Of a stretch of 64,000 bases of DNA, positions 48,180 to 60,057 are shown piece after piece. Within the stretch, counting starts at the first letter, position 1. The number at the start of each line of letters is the position of its first letter. A program made the position numbers and the translations under genes. Source of the stretch: Candidatus Thorarchaeota archaeon (GTDB taxonomy: Archaea; Asgardarchaeota; Thorarchaeia; Thorarchaeales; Thorarchaeaceae); assembly GCA_029855935.1 (NCBI GenBank), contig JAGSHN010000025.1, positions 96,001 through 160,000 of the forward strand, given 5' to 3'. A model generated the notes under the pieces. The model saw only the letters and a program-made list of their open reading frames with translations, did not search any database and had not been told where the DNA came from.

Positions 48180-49891
48180 GCGATCACCTCCCTGACCCGG
48201 TCCATCACCCATCGAGGCGTCATGGGTCGCCCATCGAACTTGTTGATGTGGCCGTCAAAAGTATGACCTGTCTCCATCGTGACGAGATGGGCGAACTGAG
48301 ATGTTGCGTTCTGTTCGACCGAGACGACACGCTCGGACGACGCAAACATCTCTTCAAGACGACCCGTCCGCAATGGGTAGATGTCCGTGAAGTGAAGATG
48401 GGCGATGGTACGGTCCTCCTTCTCATTGAGTATGGTGACCGCCTCCCGGATGGCGCCCCAGGTCGTGCCCCAAGATACTATCGTCAGCTCAGGATTGTCC
48501 GGTCCGTAGAGGTCAGGCTCGCGAAGCGACTCCCGGATGGCAGGTATCTTCTTTATGAACTTCTCGACCATTGCATCTCTAAGGCTGGGGTCCTCCGTTA
48601 TGTGACCGTTCTCGAGATGTGCATTGCCTGAGGAGACTACCACCACTCCCGGGTCACCCGGGAAGGCACGTGGAGAGATGCCGTCCTCAGTCAGCAGGTA
48701 CCTCTGGTACTGGTCTTGAGAGCCATCATAGAGCTTCCCCCGGTCGATCGTGACGCCTGGGACATCGAGCCCCTCGATGTTCATAGCCGAGTCGGCCAAG
48801 TACTGATCGCCCAGCACAATGGCGGGGACCTGAAACCGGTCAGCCAGATTGAAGGCCCTCACTACCGCCTCGAAGGCGTCCACAGGATCCCTCGGTGCAA
48901 ATACCACTCTCGGAAACTCTCCCTGACTGGCAAACAGAGTGAACAGAAGATCAGACTGCTCGGTGCGTGTGGGCAGCCCCGTACTGGGGCCGGGTCTCTG
49001 AGCATTGTAGATCACCACAGGCGTCTCGGTCATACCTGCTAGGCCGAGAGCCTCGACCATGAGCGAGAACCCCCCGCCCGATGTTGAGACAAAGGAGCGT
49101 ACGCCGCCGTACGATGCGCCAATTGCCATAGCCAGCGCAGCTATCTCATCCTCCGTCTGCAGTACGCCAATGCCGAGTTCGCGCGCGTGACTCACTATCT
49201 CCACAAAGGCACCAGTCGAGGGGCTCATGGGATAGGCGGCCACCCACTTGGCATTCGCAGCCATCGCACCGAAGGCCACAGCCTGATTTCCAGTGACGAC
49301 TAGGCGTGCGGTGGCCTTCCCGGGCCTCAGGTCACGGAGGAGAGTTCGACAGCTCCCCGTAAATCGTTCTGCCGTGAAGTCGTAGAGAGCCTGCGCCACC
49401 CGGATGTTTCTCTCGACGACATCCGAGCCCTTCGCACTGAAGATGTCACTCAGGACCTCCTTCGCAAGATCAAAGGGAAAGCCGACAACTGACAGCAGAG
49501 CGCCAAGGGCCGCTGCATTTGTCATCCGTGTCGAACCGCCCACAGACTTTGCAGTCTTGGACAGAGGAGCTGGAAAGTGACACTGCTCTGAGGGCTCGAA
49601 GTCGAGCCGATCGTCGTAGATGATCACCCCGTCTGCGACAAGCTGGTCCCTCTTTCCGGTTATGGCATCCTTCGAGAGCGCAACGATGACGTGAATATCA
49701 TCCACCGGGCAGTGAACAGGCCTGTCAGAGACCCGTATCTGGGTGAAGTTATAGCCGCCACGTATCCGTGACTCGAAGTCCTTCACCGTGAAGGTGTACA
49801 GCCCATTCCGGACGAACACCTTGGTGAGAAGATCGCCGATGGTGTCAATGCCCTGTCCGGCCATGCCACCAATGTTGAACGTGATATCCAT
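48176..49891 (-). CDS. 2-oxoacid:ferredoxin oxidoreductase alpha subunit (gamma-alpha fusion)
   Basis: GGMAGQG, SRIRGG, YPMSPS, EDEIAA, TSGGGFSLM, QRPGPSTGLPT. Confidence 0.94.
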   Translation of the reverse strand: MDITFNIGGMAGQGIDTIGDLLTKVFVRNGLYTFTVKDFESRIRGGYNFTQIRVSDRPVHCPVDDIHVIVALSKDAITGKRDQLVADGVIIYDDRLDFEPSEQCHFPAPLSKTAKSVGGSTRMTNAAALGALLSVVGFPFDLAKEVLSDIFSAKGSDVVERNIRVAQALYDFTAERFTGSCRTLLRDLRPGKATARLVVTGNQAVAFGAMAANAKWVAAYPMSPSTGAFVEIVSHARELGIGVLQTEDEIAALAMAIGASYGGVRSFVSTSGGGFSLMVEALGLAGMTETPVVIYNAQRPGPSTGLPTRTEQSDLLFTLFASQGEFPRVVFAPRDPVDAFEAVVRAFNLADRFQVPAIVLGDQYLADSAMNIEGLDVPGVTIDRGKLYDGSQDQYQRYLLTEDGISPRAFPGDPGVVVVSSGNAHLENGHITEDPSLRDAMVEKFIKKIPAIRESLREPDLYGPDNPELTIVSWGTTWGAIREAVTILNEKEDRTIAHLHFTDIYPLRTGRLEEMFASSERVVSVEQNATSQFAHLVTMETGHTFDGHINKFDGRPMTPRWVMDRVREVIA

Positions 49892-50128
49892 TCATCCTCA
49901 CCAGTCCATCTCAGATGAGGGTCACATAGGGGGCGTTGGTTATTGCCCTTTTGGTAGCGACCAATTGCGAAGGCCAACACTGAGAGGAACACATGGATAT
50001 GGGGGCAGCGAGTCCTGGTCTGTCCGAACAAGTTTCGGTTCTGCGACGGCCGTCATCCTATGACTCGAAAGGTCTGCCGAGCCCCGCAACCAAAAGGTAA
50101 TATCGTTCAGACACACCCATCATCTGGA

Positions 50129-52474
50129 ATGACCGAGCGCACGGAACGTCTCAAGAGGCATGTCTTGGACGCACAACCGACAATATCTGCGGAGCGGGCG
50201 AGGCTCTTCACAGAATATCTGAGAGAACATGAGGACCAGCCCACTGTCCTCCGACTTGCCGGAGCCTTTGCCCACGTACTTCGAAACATGACGGTCCGGA
50301 TTGAGCCGGGCGAGATCATAGTGGGCAATATGGGCCCAACTCCTCGTTCCTGCTAGGTCTTCCCAGAATACAGCTGGACGTGGATTGAGAGCGAGCTGGA
50401 CCGCTTTGAGAAACGTCGTACCGAGAGGTTCGCAATATCGGAGGAGGACAAAGAAGCTCTGAGAGAGATGTTCCGGTACTGGAGAGGCAGGAGCATCGCA
50501 GAGATCGCGCAAGAGAAGATGCCTCCCGAGTCGATAGCTGCGTCAAAGACGGGTCTGTTCACCATCGGTGCGCCTGGGACAGGAATAGGTCACGTAATCG
50601 TGAACTACAAACGAGTCCTCCAGAGAGGTCTTGAGGCGATCATAGAAGACATCAGAGCCATCAAGGAGTCGGCGGTGGACGACCACAAGAGGATGGTCTA
50701 CGAGGCGATGGAGATAGAGCTCCGCGCCGCAATTGAGTACGCTGAGAGATTCGCCGACCTCGCTGAGCGAATGACTGGTGGGGAAGAAGGCGCACAGAGA
50801 AGAGAGGAACTCCTCTAGATAGCACGCGTATGCAGACACGTCCCAAGACGTCCTGCACGAACCTTCCACGAGGCTTTGCAGTCATTCTGGTTCATTCACT
50901 TGCTCGTGCAGACAGAGTCGAATGGCCACTCCATCTCCACGGGCCGATTCGACCAATACATGTACCCGTTCTTTCAAGAGGATGTGAACAGTGAGATGCT
51001 CACTAGGGAGGAGGCCATCGAGCTCCTTGAGTGCCTGTGGATAAAGTTCACCTCTCTGATCAAGCTCCGTGACGAGTACTACAGCACAGCCTTTGCTGGC
51101 CATCCGATGTTTCAGAACTTGACAATTGGCGGGGTCGACGCTGACGGAAATGACGCCTGCAACGAACTCACGGAACTCATTCTGGTAGCCACTGGGAATA
51201 TCAAGGTCACCCAACCCACTGTGTCATTCAGATGGCATAGAGGCACCCCTGAGAAGATGAAGCGACTTGTGGTCGATGTCATCTCAAAGGGCCTTGGCAT
51301 GCCCGGCCTCTTCAACGATGAGGTCATAATCCCGATGATGCTGAGGAAGGGGACCGACCCCGAAGAGGCCTGGAACTATGCGATACTGGGTTGCGTGGAG
51401 CCGATCATTGCTGGCAAGACCGATGCGCGCCCGGACATCGGCTACATCAACATCCCCAAGATCCTTGAGATCACACTGAACAATGGTCACGACCCAAAGA
51501 CAGGCAGGCTGGTCGGTGTCGAGACAGGTGACCCGAGAGAGTGGACCTCGTTCGAACAGCTATGGGACGCCTTCGTCCGGCAGATGGACCACGCTGTCGA
51601 GCTCCTGACACGCGCTGACAGAGTCGCCGCAGGACTTCACGCGGAGCTGAAGCCGACACCCTTCAGCTCAGCACTGATTGATGGATGCATTGAGTCAGGT
51701 AAGACGATGCAGGAGGGTGGTGCAGTCTACAACTCAGGAGGAATAATGGGCGTCGGAATCGGCATCGCAACAGACTCACTCGAGATGGTCAGGAAGCATG
51801 TCTTTGAGAACCGTGATGTGAGTATGGACACGCTTCTTGATGCACTGTCAAAGGACTACGAGGGTTATGAAGAACTGCAGGCGAGACTCCAGTCGGATCC
51901 CTCCAAATACGGCAATGACATAGAGCGGGTTGATTTCCTCGCTTGAGATGTGGGCAGGGCATTCTGTGAGGCTGTCCAGAGCCGGGAGACTACGCGCGGC
52001 GGACCGTATCACGGTGCGCTATTCTCAGTGTCCACGTACATCCCGCAGGGAGAGGTGGTCGGTGCGACGCCTGATGGACGACTCACCGGCTATATGCTGT
52101 CAGACGGTGTGTCGCCAACACAGAATCGCGACACTCACGGCCCGACAGCCGCTACGAGATCAGTGGCACGTCTTGACCACGGACTGTACTTCGATGGCAC
52201 ACTGTACAACATGAAATTCACACCTGATATGTTCTCGACTCCAGCCAAGAGAGAGAAGTTCATCGGCCTGATAGATGGCTACTTCAGACTCGGTGGGCTA
52301 CACGTCCAGTTCAACGTGGTCTCAAGAGAGGTACTTGAGGATGCGAAGGTACATCCGGAGAGCCACCGTGATCTCATAGTCCGTGTTGCTGGCTACAGTG
52401 CATACTTCATCGAACTCGACCCGTTCGTACAGGACAGGATCATCGCCCGGACGGAGTTCTCCTCCGCTAGATGA
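50129..52474 (+). pseudogene. Glycyl-radical enzyme (diol/glycerol dehydratase-like, PFL2 group) with three in-frame stops
   Basis: Four listed ORFs share one frame; GIGH, ESNGHSIS.GRFDQY, GCVEP and RVAGYSAYF are intact; stops are TAG 50354, TAG 50816 and TGA 51944. Confidence 0.88.
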
Positions 52475-52662
52475 GAGAGACCAGCTCGACCTCTCCGTCC
52501 CGGGAGCGGACGCGCTACCCTATGCGAACTGCGTTACCTCTGCCCCAATGTTTTTAAGCACTTCAGAGGCGAGAAGTGCATGTACAGTTTTGTTGTAGAC
52601 GACTGGAACTATGCCAATGTGAGAAGGCAGGTTCCAGAACAAGACTCAGATGGTGATAGAAA

Positions 52663-54321
<1,659 letters not shown>

Positions 54322-54361
54322 TAGGCCTAGTGCCCGAAACGCACAGTCGCACAGAATAGAG

Positions 54362-54395
54362 GGAGCCAATCGGCTCCTCCTAGTTCCTTTTTTCC
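54362..54395 (+). terminator. Hairpin plus U-tract after the thermosome gene
   Basis: ggagcc-aatc-ggctcc then ttccttttttcc. Confidence 0.6.
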
Positions 54396-54410
54396 ACGAG
54401 GCTGAGTACG

Positions 54411-55328
54411 TTGAGTCACAGAGTCCTAGTCTTAGGGATGAGCCCGTTCGACTCAGGCAAGACGGAGATGTCAATCCGCCTGGCCAAGTTCCTTCAACAG
54501 GAGGGCCATACGGTAGAGTATTTCAAGCCGGCCAGCGGTAGCAATTACTGGTACAAGTACGACCACATCAGGCACTGTGTCCGAACGGGTCACCTGATCT
54601 CCGTCGACGCCACACGTGCACGGAAGCAGCTGGGTTCGCATGTCTCACCGCTGATGACGAATCCTGTGCACTCGCTCTTTGTGCCGAGCAGACTGACGAG
54701 ACCGATAAGACCATATCCCAATACCTTGGGACTTGCTGGTTGGGACTCGTTCCTCGTGCTTCAGCGGTTCAGCAGACCCGCGGGAGGCGTCGTCCAGTCT
54801 ACAATGCTGGTCGCCGACGCGCTGATTGACAACTCGACTGTAATCATCCCCAGAGAAGAAGTGGATGCTCTTACGCAGTTTGCGAGAACGATATCCGTCA
54901 ACTCTCTGGAGGAGGCGCAGGCGTACGAGAGAGACCTCTACGAAGACTCTGTCACCGCATCGTTTGCAGTCGTTGAGAAACACGCCGACGTGGTCGTGAT
55001 CGAGTCGTTCAACAACTCGGCCTGGCCGTGGGACGGTCTTGATCAGGTGGATGTCGTGCTTGTCGTTGGACCGGGACAGGCCTTCACCTACGACCCGTGG
55101 AAGTTCCGGCGTGCTGTCGAGTTCACCAGACGTGGAAAGGAACCTATAGGGCAGGTCACCGTAGGTCGGGTTGTCGACCTTGTGAGTCCGCTGAGGAGGC
55201 TTGAGCTGAGGCCCGGCATCGGCCTTGGGGAGGAGGAGATTGGCATCCTAGTAGAGTGCATTGAGGAAAGAGTGATTAGCAAGAAATACGCAGAAATTGA
55301 GAGCAAGGCAGGGAGGATGACAACTTGA
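54411..55328 (+). CDS. Predicted archaeal P-loop ATPase/GTPase
   Basis: LGMSPFDSGKT, FKPASG.N.WY, NPVH.LF.P, VVIESFN. Confidence 0.8.
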   Translation: MSHRVLVLGMSPFDSGKTEMSIRLAKFLQQEGHTVEYFKPASGSNYWYKYDHIRHCVRTGHLISVDATRARKQLGSHVSPLMTNPVHSLFVPSRLTRPIRPYPNTLGLAGWDSFLVLQRFSRPAGGVVQSTMLVADALIDNSTVIIPREEVDALTQFARTISVNSLEEAQAYERDLYEDSVTASFAVVEKHADVVVIESFNNSAWPWDGLDQVDVVLVVGPGQAFTYDPWKFRRAVEFTRRGKEPIGQVTVGRVVDLVSPLRRLELRPGIGLGEEEIGILVECIEERVISKKYAEIESKAGRMTT

Positions 55329-56260
55329 GCAACGACGAAGAATGGGACCTGATTATCATCGGTGGCGGGCCCGGAGGAATGACAGCCGCAATCTACGGCG
55401 CGAGATACGGACTCAGGACACTGCTCCTGGAGGGAGGAGTCCTCGGAGGAGCACAGGCAACAAGTCCGGCAATTGAGAACTATCCGGGCTTTGTGTTCAT
55501 CACGGGAATGGAACTCGCTGAGAAGATGAAGCAACACGTCAAGAAGGCGGGAGCCACTATCAAGGAGATCACAGAGGTCAGCAGTGTCGAGAGAGACGAC
55601 AATACGGGTAAGTTCATTGTGACCACGAGGCGTGGTGACTACGTGGCAAGAACCATCGTGTTCGCCACAGGCGGTGGTCACCGGAAGCTGGGTGTCCCTG
55701 GAGAGGAAGAGTTCACAGGCAGAGGCGTATCATACTGCGCCACCTGCGACGGGCCGCTGTTCAGAGGAAAGACCGTCGCCATTGTGGGCGGCGGTAACAG
55801 CGCCGTGACAGAGGCGCTATACCTGGCAGAGGTCACAGGCAAGACATATCTCATTCACCGCAGGGACGAGCTGCGTGCCGAGAAAGCACTGCAGAATCAG
55901 ATTCTCAACAGCAGTGTGGAGATACTCTGGAGCACAATCCTCAAGGAGATACGTGGCGACCAGCTTGTCACAGAACTCGTTCTCGAGAATGTGAAGACTG
56001 GCGAGCAGATGACTCTGAAGGTGGACGCCGTGTTCATCTCCATAGGCGTCGAGCCCAAGAGTGAGCTGGCAAAGGAGCTCGGTGTGGAGACAAACGAATA
56101 CGGAGAGATACTCGTCGACAAGCAGCAGAGGACCAACATCCCAGGCGTCTTTGCAGCCGGAGACGTGACAGACGCTATGAAGCAGATTGTTGTCGCGGCT
56201 GCGGGCGGAGCGGTGGCAGCGGATTCCGCACACAAGTACATCATGCAGATGGAATCATAG
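55325..56260 (+). CDS. trxB: Thioredoxin reductase
   Basis: GGGPGG, IENYPG, GVSYCATCDG, GGGNSA, HRR, AAGD. Confidence 0.95.
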   Translation: MSNDEEWDLIIIGGGPGGMTAAIYGARYGLRTLLLEGGVLGGAQATSPAIENYPGFVFITGMELAEKMKQHVKKAGATIKEITEVSSVERDDNTGKFIVTTRRGDYVARTIVFATGGGHRKLGVPGEEEFTGRGVSYCATCDGPLFRGKTVAIVGGGNSAVTEALYLAEVTGKTYLIHRRDELRAEKALQNQILNSSVEILWSTILKEIRGDQLVTELVLENVKTGEQMTLKVDAVFISIGVEPKSELAKELGVETNEYGEILVDKQQRTNIPGVFAAGDVTDAMKQIVVAAAGGAVAADSAHKYIMQMES

Positions 56261-56425
56261 GCCTGACAATTGCAGGAGGGGGTGGAGCTGACCCTCATGC
56301 CCCCTCCCACCTGTTGTCTTGATGATGTTCGACACAGCACCCACGGTCTCTACTTCTTGGGAAACGTTAATAACTGCCCCATTGTCCGAGGCTGAATGCG
56401 CTGAGCATACTTCCTCAGCGACAGC

Positions 56426-57664
56426 TTGGATGAGATGTCCTCCATGACAAGAATGAAGGCTGCAGGACTACTACTTGCGATGATGTTCGTGTCCATGGCG
56501 CTTCTCACACCGCCTGTCTCAGCGAACCCCGCCACTCGGCTGGAGTCTGTACACTCGTACCTCAACGACCATTACGACACCACCGAGGGAGGATACTCGC
56601 TGAAGGCCGAGAAACTCTCCCGTGCAGAGCCGACGTTCTCAGCACTGTTTGCGCTCAACGAGTTCGGTGACATTGCGACGCGACCCCCATCGATCAACCT
56701 CACGAAGACAAAGGAGTTCATCAATCACCTGCAGTGGACGAGAATCAAGGAGAAGGAGGACAAGTACGGAGGGTTCTCAAGTGCAATCGCAGTCACGCCC
56801 TCTGTGATGTCAACATACTATGCTCTGAGGGCTTGGCAGATACTGAGCCTGCACAACGACTACATCGGAATGACAGAAGTCGAGATCAACGAGACAGCTG
56901 CGTTGGTCTACCTGAATCGCACCTTCACGGACGAGGGATCCTTTGCCTCGAACGTCGGCGAACAGGGCAGCCTCTTGACAACCTATATGGCAGTGTATTC
57001 TATTGACTACCTCGCCAGGCTGATTGAGGAGGAGGATGGCACTCCCTATCAGAAGACGATGGACAAGTGGCTCAACGAGTCCGCCGTTGTCGACTATGTC
57101 CTCAGTTGTCAGAGCGGGGACGCCTTCAAGCCGACGCCTGATGCAAGTGTCCCAGGGGTCACGCCCACTGCGGCCGCACTGCTGACTCTCGACATCCTCG
57201 ACAGACTGAATGCCGTAGGAGATCTCCAGGGCGTTCGTGACTGGCTGCTCGCACGACAGGTGGTCACCCCCACTGCAGGCGAGTACGTCGGCGGGTTCAC
57301 TGAGGGATATCTCACTAACGACACCAACCTGATGAGCACGTACTACGCACTCAAGGCACTTGATGTCCTGAATGCCATTACCAACTACGTGAACGTGAGC
57401 CTCGTCGAGGACTTCGTCATCAGTTGCCAGGCTGCAGACGGCGCGTGGGCACTGAGTCCAGACAGTCCCGAGGGCGAGACCACATACATCGGGATTGCAA
57501 TTGAGGCACTGACACTGCTTCCTGACGTCAACGTGGTGACAGCGCTGAGCGTGGAGGATCCGAATAACCGCTCGCCGCCAGCGATAGACTGGCGTTGGAT
57601 TGCTGTAGCGGTCCCGCTGGTGCTGGCACTCGTAGCCGGGCTTGTTGCCCTGAGGCTTGACTAG
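56426..57664 (+). CDS. Exported prenyltransferase/squalene-oxidase-repeat (alpha/alpha toroid) protein with C-terminal TM
   Basis: Signal peptide; recurring L..Q..GGF.....TY.A..AL repeats; terminal TM helix. Confidence 0.8.
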   Translation: MDEMSSMTRMKAAGLLLAMMFVSMALLTPPVSANPATRLESVHSYLNDHYDTTEGGYSLKAEKLSRAEPTFSALFALNEFGDIATRPPSINLTKTKEFINHLQWTRIKEKEDKYGGFSSAIAVTPSVMSTYYALRAWQILSLHNDYIGMTEVEINETAALVYLNRTFTDEGSFASNVGEQGSLLTTYMAVYSIDYLARLIEEEDGTPYQKTMDKWLNESAVVDYVLSCQSGDAFKPTPDASVPGVTPTAAALLTLDILDRLNAVGDLQGVRDWLLARQVVTPTAGEYVGGFTEGYLTNDTNLMSTYYALKALDVLNAITNYVNVSLVEDFVISCQAADGAWALSPDSPEGETTYIGIAIEALTLLPDVNVVTALSVEDPNNRSPPAIDWRWIAVAVPLVLALVAGLVALRLD

Positions 57665-57743
57665 CCAAGATTCTTAAGAATCCCTGCAGGGACGTACACA
57701 TGAGCGGCCCAGCCAGTGCAGTGAGAGGCGGCCGCTTCACGAG

Positions 57744-59234
57744 GTGCCTCCGCCAATGAGCAGGGTCGAGCTGAACGGGTCAAGATACGTCCGGGGGTTC
57801 GAGTGGTTCCTCCACCTAGCAGAACACCATCTGACAAGACGTAGATGGAGAAGGCTCGGATTCCTCTCGTTCTACGATGCGCCCTACATAGATAGCGATG
57901 CACTCTATCTTTCGCCGAAGCAGACAATGCTTGTGATGGCCAAGCTGGCCAAGAAAAGTGACAACGCCCTGATCATAGTGGCGGACGCACTTGAGAAGGG
58001 CGAGATGGGTCTGAGCAGCAGAGAGGGCTTCGACCAGTTTATGTCGATCTTTGACCGTGTCTTCCCGAATGCTGCAAAGTACTATTTCGGACCGAAGACA
58101 TCGGACCGCGCCTGGCTTCACGAGGCGCGACCATTGAAGATTCCGCTGAAATGGCTCGTGGAGCATCCGAACGTATTGGCTGAGGTCCTCTCTGACGCGT
58201 CACCCGTTGGTGAGATTATCGGACCGGGCGATGCTGCCTTCGAGGACCTGGAGGGGATGAGAGAGGTTCTCATCGAGAAGCTCGGACCGCCCTCGCTCAC
58301 AGAAGAGGTACTGGGCAAGATCAGAACCGCTGAGGCGAGCGAGTACGCGGGAGAGGCTGTGGGACTGATGACCGTATTCATCAGCCCCGCCACCGCTGTA
58401 TCCCGCGGGATGAAGTACCTCGGCAAGTTCGTCAGCATGGTCAAGGAGCGACGACGGCAAGAGGTCAGAGAGATCTACGAGGAGTGGCAGCAACGAGTCG
58501 AGAACGGATACTCTGTCGACAACCTCCGCAGATTCCTCGATGAGGACCCCAACGCGAGACTTGATGTCGTCGACCATGTCAAGAATCGCGGGACCGTGCT
58601 CATTATCACAGAGACTCGAGACACTCTCTACGACCTCTTCCTGCCGCTACTTCTGAGACGTCTTGTAGAGGAGATCGGCTATGTGCCTCCGCACCTGCGA
58701 CCAAGACGCGAACCGTCATCAGAGGGGGCAGGGGATAGCGAGAGCGGAGCGACTGGCCAGACCTCAGAGGACGATGGCGGGGGTATGCAGAAGGAACCGT
58801 TTGAGGGAAAGCCCGAAACTGTGCTCTTCCTCGATGCGGCGACTCATCTCTCCAAGTTCACGAGGTCGTTCGAGTTCGCCGTCGGAATCCCCGACAGAAT
58901 GCCCAATGTGTCCGTTGCAGCATCGTTCTTCACAAATCAGCAGCAGGTGACGGAGTCACTAGAGAAAGGAGTCATCGAGTATATGAGAAACTGGGCATTC
59001 GTGTTCGACCTACATCCCCAACTCTTTGACATAGTCACGAGCAATCTGCCAATCTCGAAGAAGGCGTGGCTGATGCTGCAGCTTCAAGAGCTTGAGCGTG
59101 TCAGGTCGGAGGGCGGTGTCGGTTTCCTTGAGTACTACGCTGACTCAGAGATGCCGTGGCACCTGCACGTGGTGGAGAAGCCGGAGAAGGGCCTCCTTGG
59201 TGATGTCAGGGCATGGTTCCGCAAGATCCGCTGA
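57744..59234 (+). CDS. Hypothetical protein
   Basis: 496-aa ORF with normal codon usage; Walker-B-like VLFLDAA but no Walker A seen. Confidence 0.8.
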   Translation: MPPPMSRVELNGSRYVRGFEWFLHLAEHHLTRRRWRRLGFLSFYDAPYIDSDALYLSPKQTMLVMAKLAKKSDNALIIVADALEKGEMGLSSREGFDQFMSIFDRVFPNAAKYYFGPKTSDRAWLHEARPLKIPLKWLVEHPNVLAEVLSDASPVGEIIGPGDAAFEDLEGMREVLIEKLGPPSLTEEVLGKIRTAEASEYAGEAVGLMTVFISPATAVSRGMKYLGKFVSMVKERRRQEVREIYEEWQQRVENGYSVDNLRRFLDEDPNARLDVVDHVKNRGTVLIITETRDTLYDLFLPLLLRRLVEEIGYVPPHLRPRREPSSEGAGDSESGATGQTSEDDGGGMQKEPFEGKPETVLFLDAATHLSKFTRSFEFAVGIPDRMPNVSVAASFFTNQQQVTESLEKGVIEYMRNWAFVFDLHPQLFDIVTSNLPISKKAWLMLQLQELERVRSEGGVGFLEYYADSEMPWHLHVVEKPEKGLLGDVRAWFRKIR

Positions 59235-59426
59235 GGGCGCAACAAGACCACTTCCAGTCTGTCAGCGATTCGCCCTCTCTGCCACTCTGAGAACCGACAC
59301 TGGGGAGAACATAGGAGGCACCTGCAGGGGCAATCTTGCCTTGCGCGTGGGGAGTAGTAGTTTCTGGCAGAACTGGCGCTGCAGGCTCCATCCCACAAGA
59401 AATATAATCGGGGCCTGACAAAAAGC

Positions 59427-59870
59427 GTGATTGTCAATCTGGAGGCAAGAGAAGTGTCGAACACTGACCTGACACAGGCGCGCGTGATGAGAGTCGAGGC
59501 GGGGAATGTAGTAACGCTGCCGCCAGAGTTTGTGGAGGGTATAAAGAAGGAGTATAGTCTTGTCATCCTAGTGAAGAAGGACGGCAACGTCAAGATCTAC
59601 CCTGTCGAGGGGAAGGAGGTTCTCTATCTGAAGCTTGACATAGAAAAGCTCAGCAAGAGCTTTCTTGAAGAGCTGACAGGGGTGTTCGCCGACGCCGGCC
59701 TAGAGGACATACTCTTCACAAGCGGCATCTGTCAGACCAAGAGCCAGTGCTACTATGAGTGCTATTTCACGCCCCAGCAGCTCACAGTGGACAGGGAGAA
59801 CCTGAGGGACCAGCTGGAGAAGATATCAGGGGTACAGAAGGTCGTTCTGGAGCCGGTACCGACATCGTGA
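59427..59870 (+). CDS. Hypothetical protein (AbrB-like N-terminus, ACT-like C-terminus); start uncertain
   Basis: GNVVTLPPEF..GIK and C-terminal L.KISGVQKV; Cys cluster C....C..EC. Confidence 0.7.
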   Translation: MIVNLEAREVSNTDLTQARVMRVEAGNVVTLPPEFVEGIKKEYSLVILVKKDGNVKIYPVEGKEVLYLKLDIEKLSKSFLEELTGVFADAGLEDILFTSGICQTKSQCYYECYFTPQQLTVDRENLRDQLEKISGVQKVVLEPVPTS

Positions 59871-60057
59871 CACAACGGACGAGTGCGATCAGGCCTGTGA
59901 TAGCAGACAGGCTCTGTTGTCCAATCTTCTCCCTTGCATTCCTTGTGGAACCATCCGGAGGCCGAGGCCCCCGGCGTTGGCGCCGAGGGAACTGAGAGGA
60001 AAACATGACCGACAAGACCAAGAGGACCCTATCTTCACACATCACTTGTGAACCGTC

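Noticed and set aside
50354-51946. Genome-wide TAG (Pyl) or TGA (Sec) reassignment
   Set aside because: Many conserved genes end at TAG or TGA at the expected length (rps17e, sdhA, HMG-CoA synthase, trxB, thermosome); the TGA is not at a Cys position
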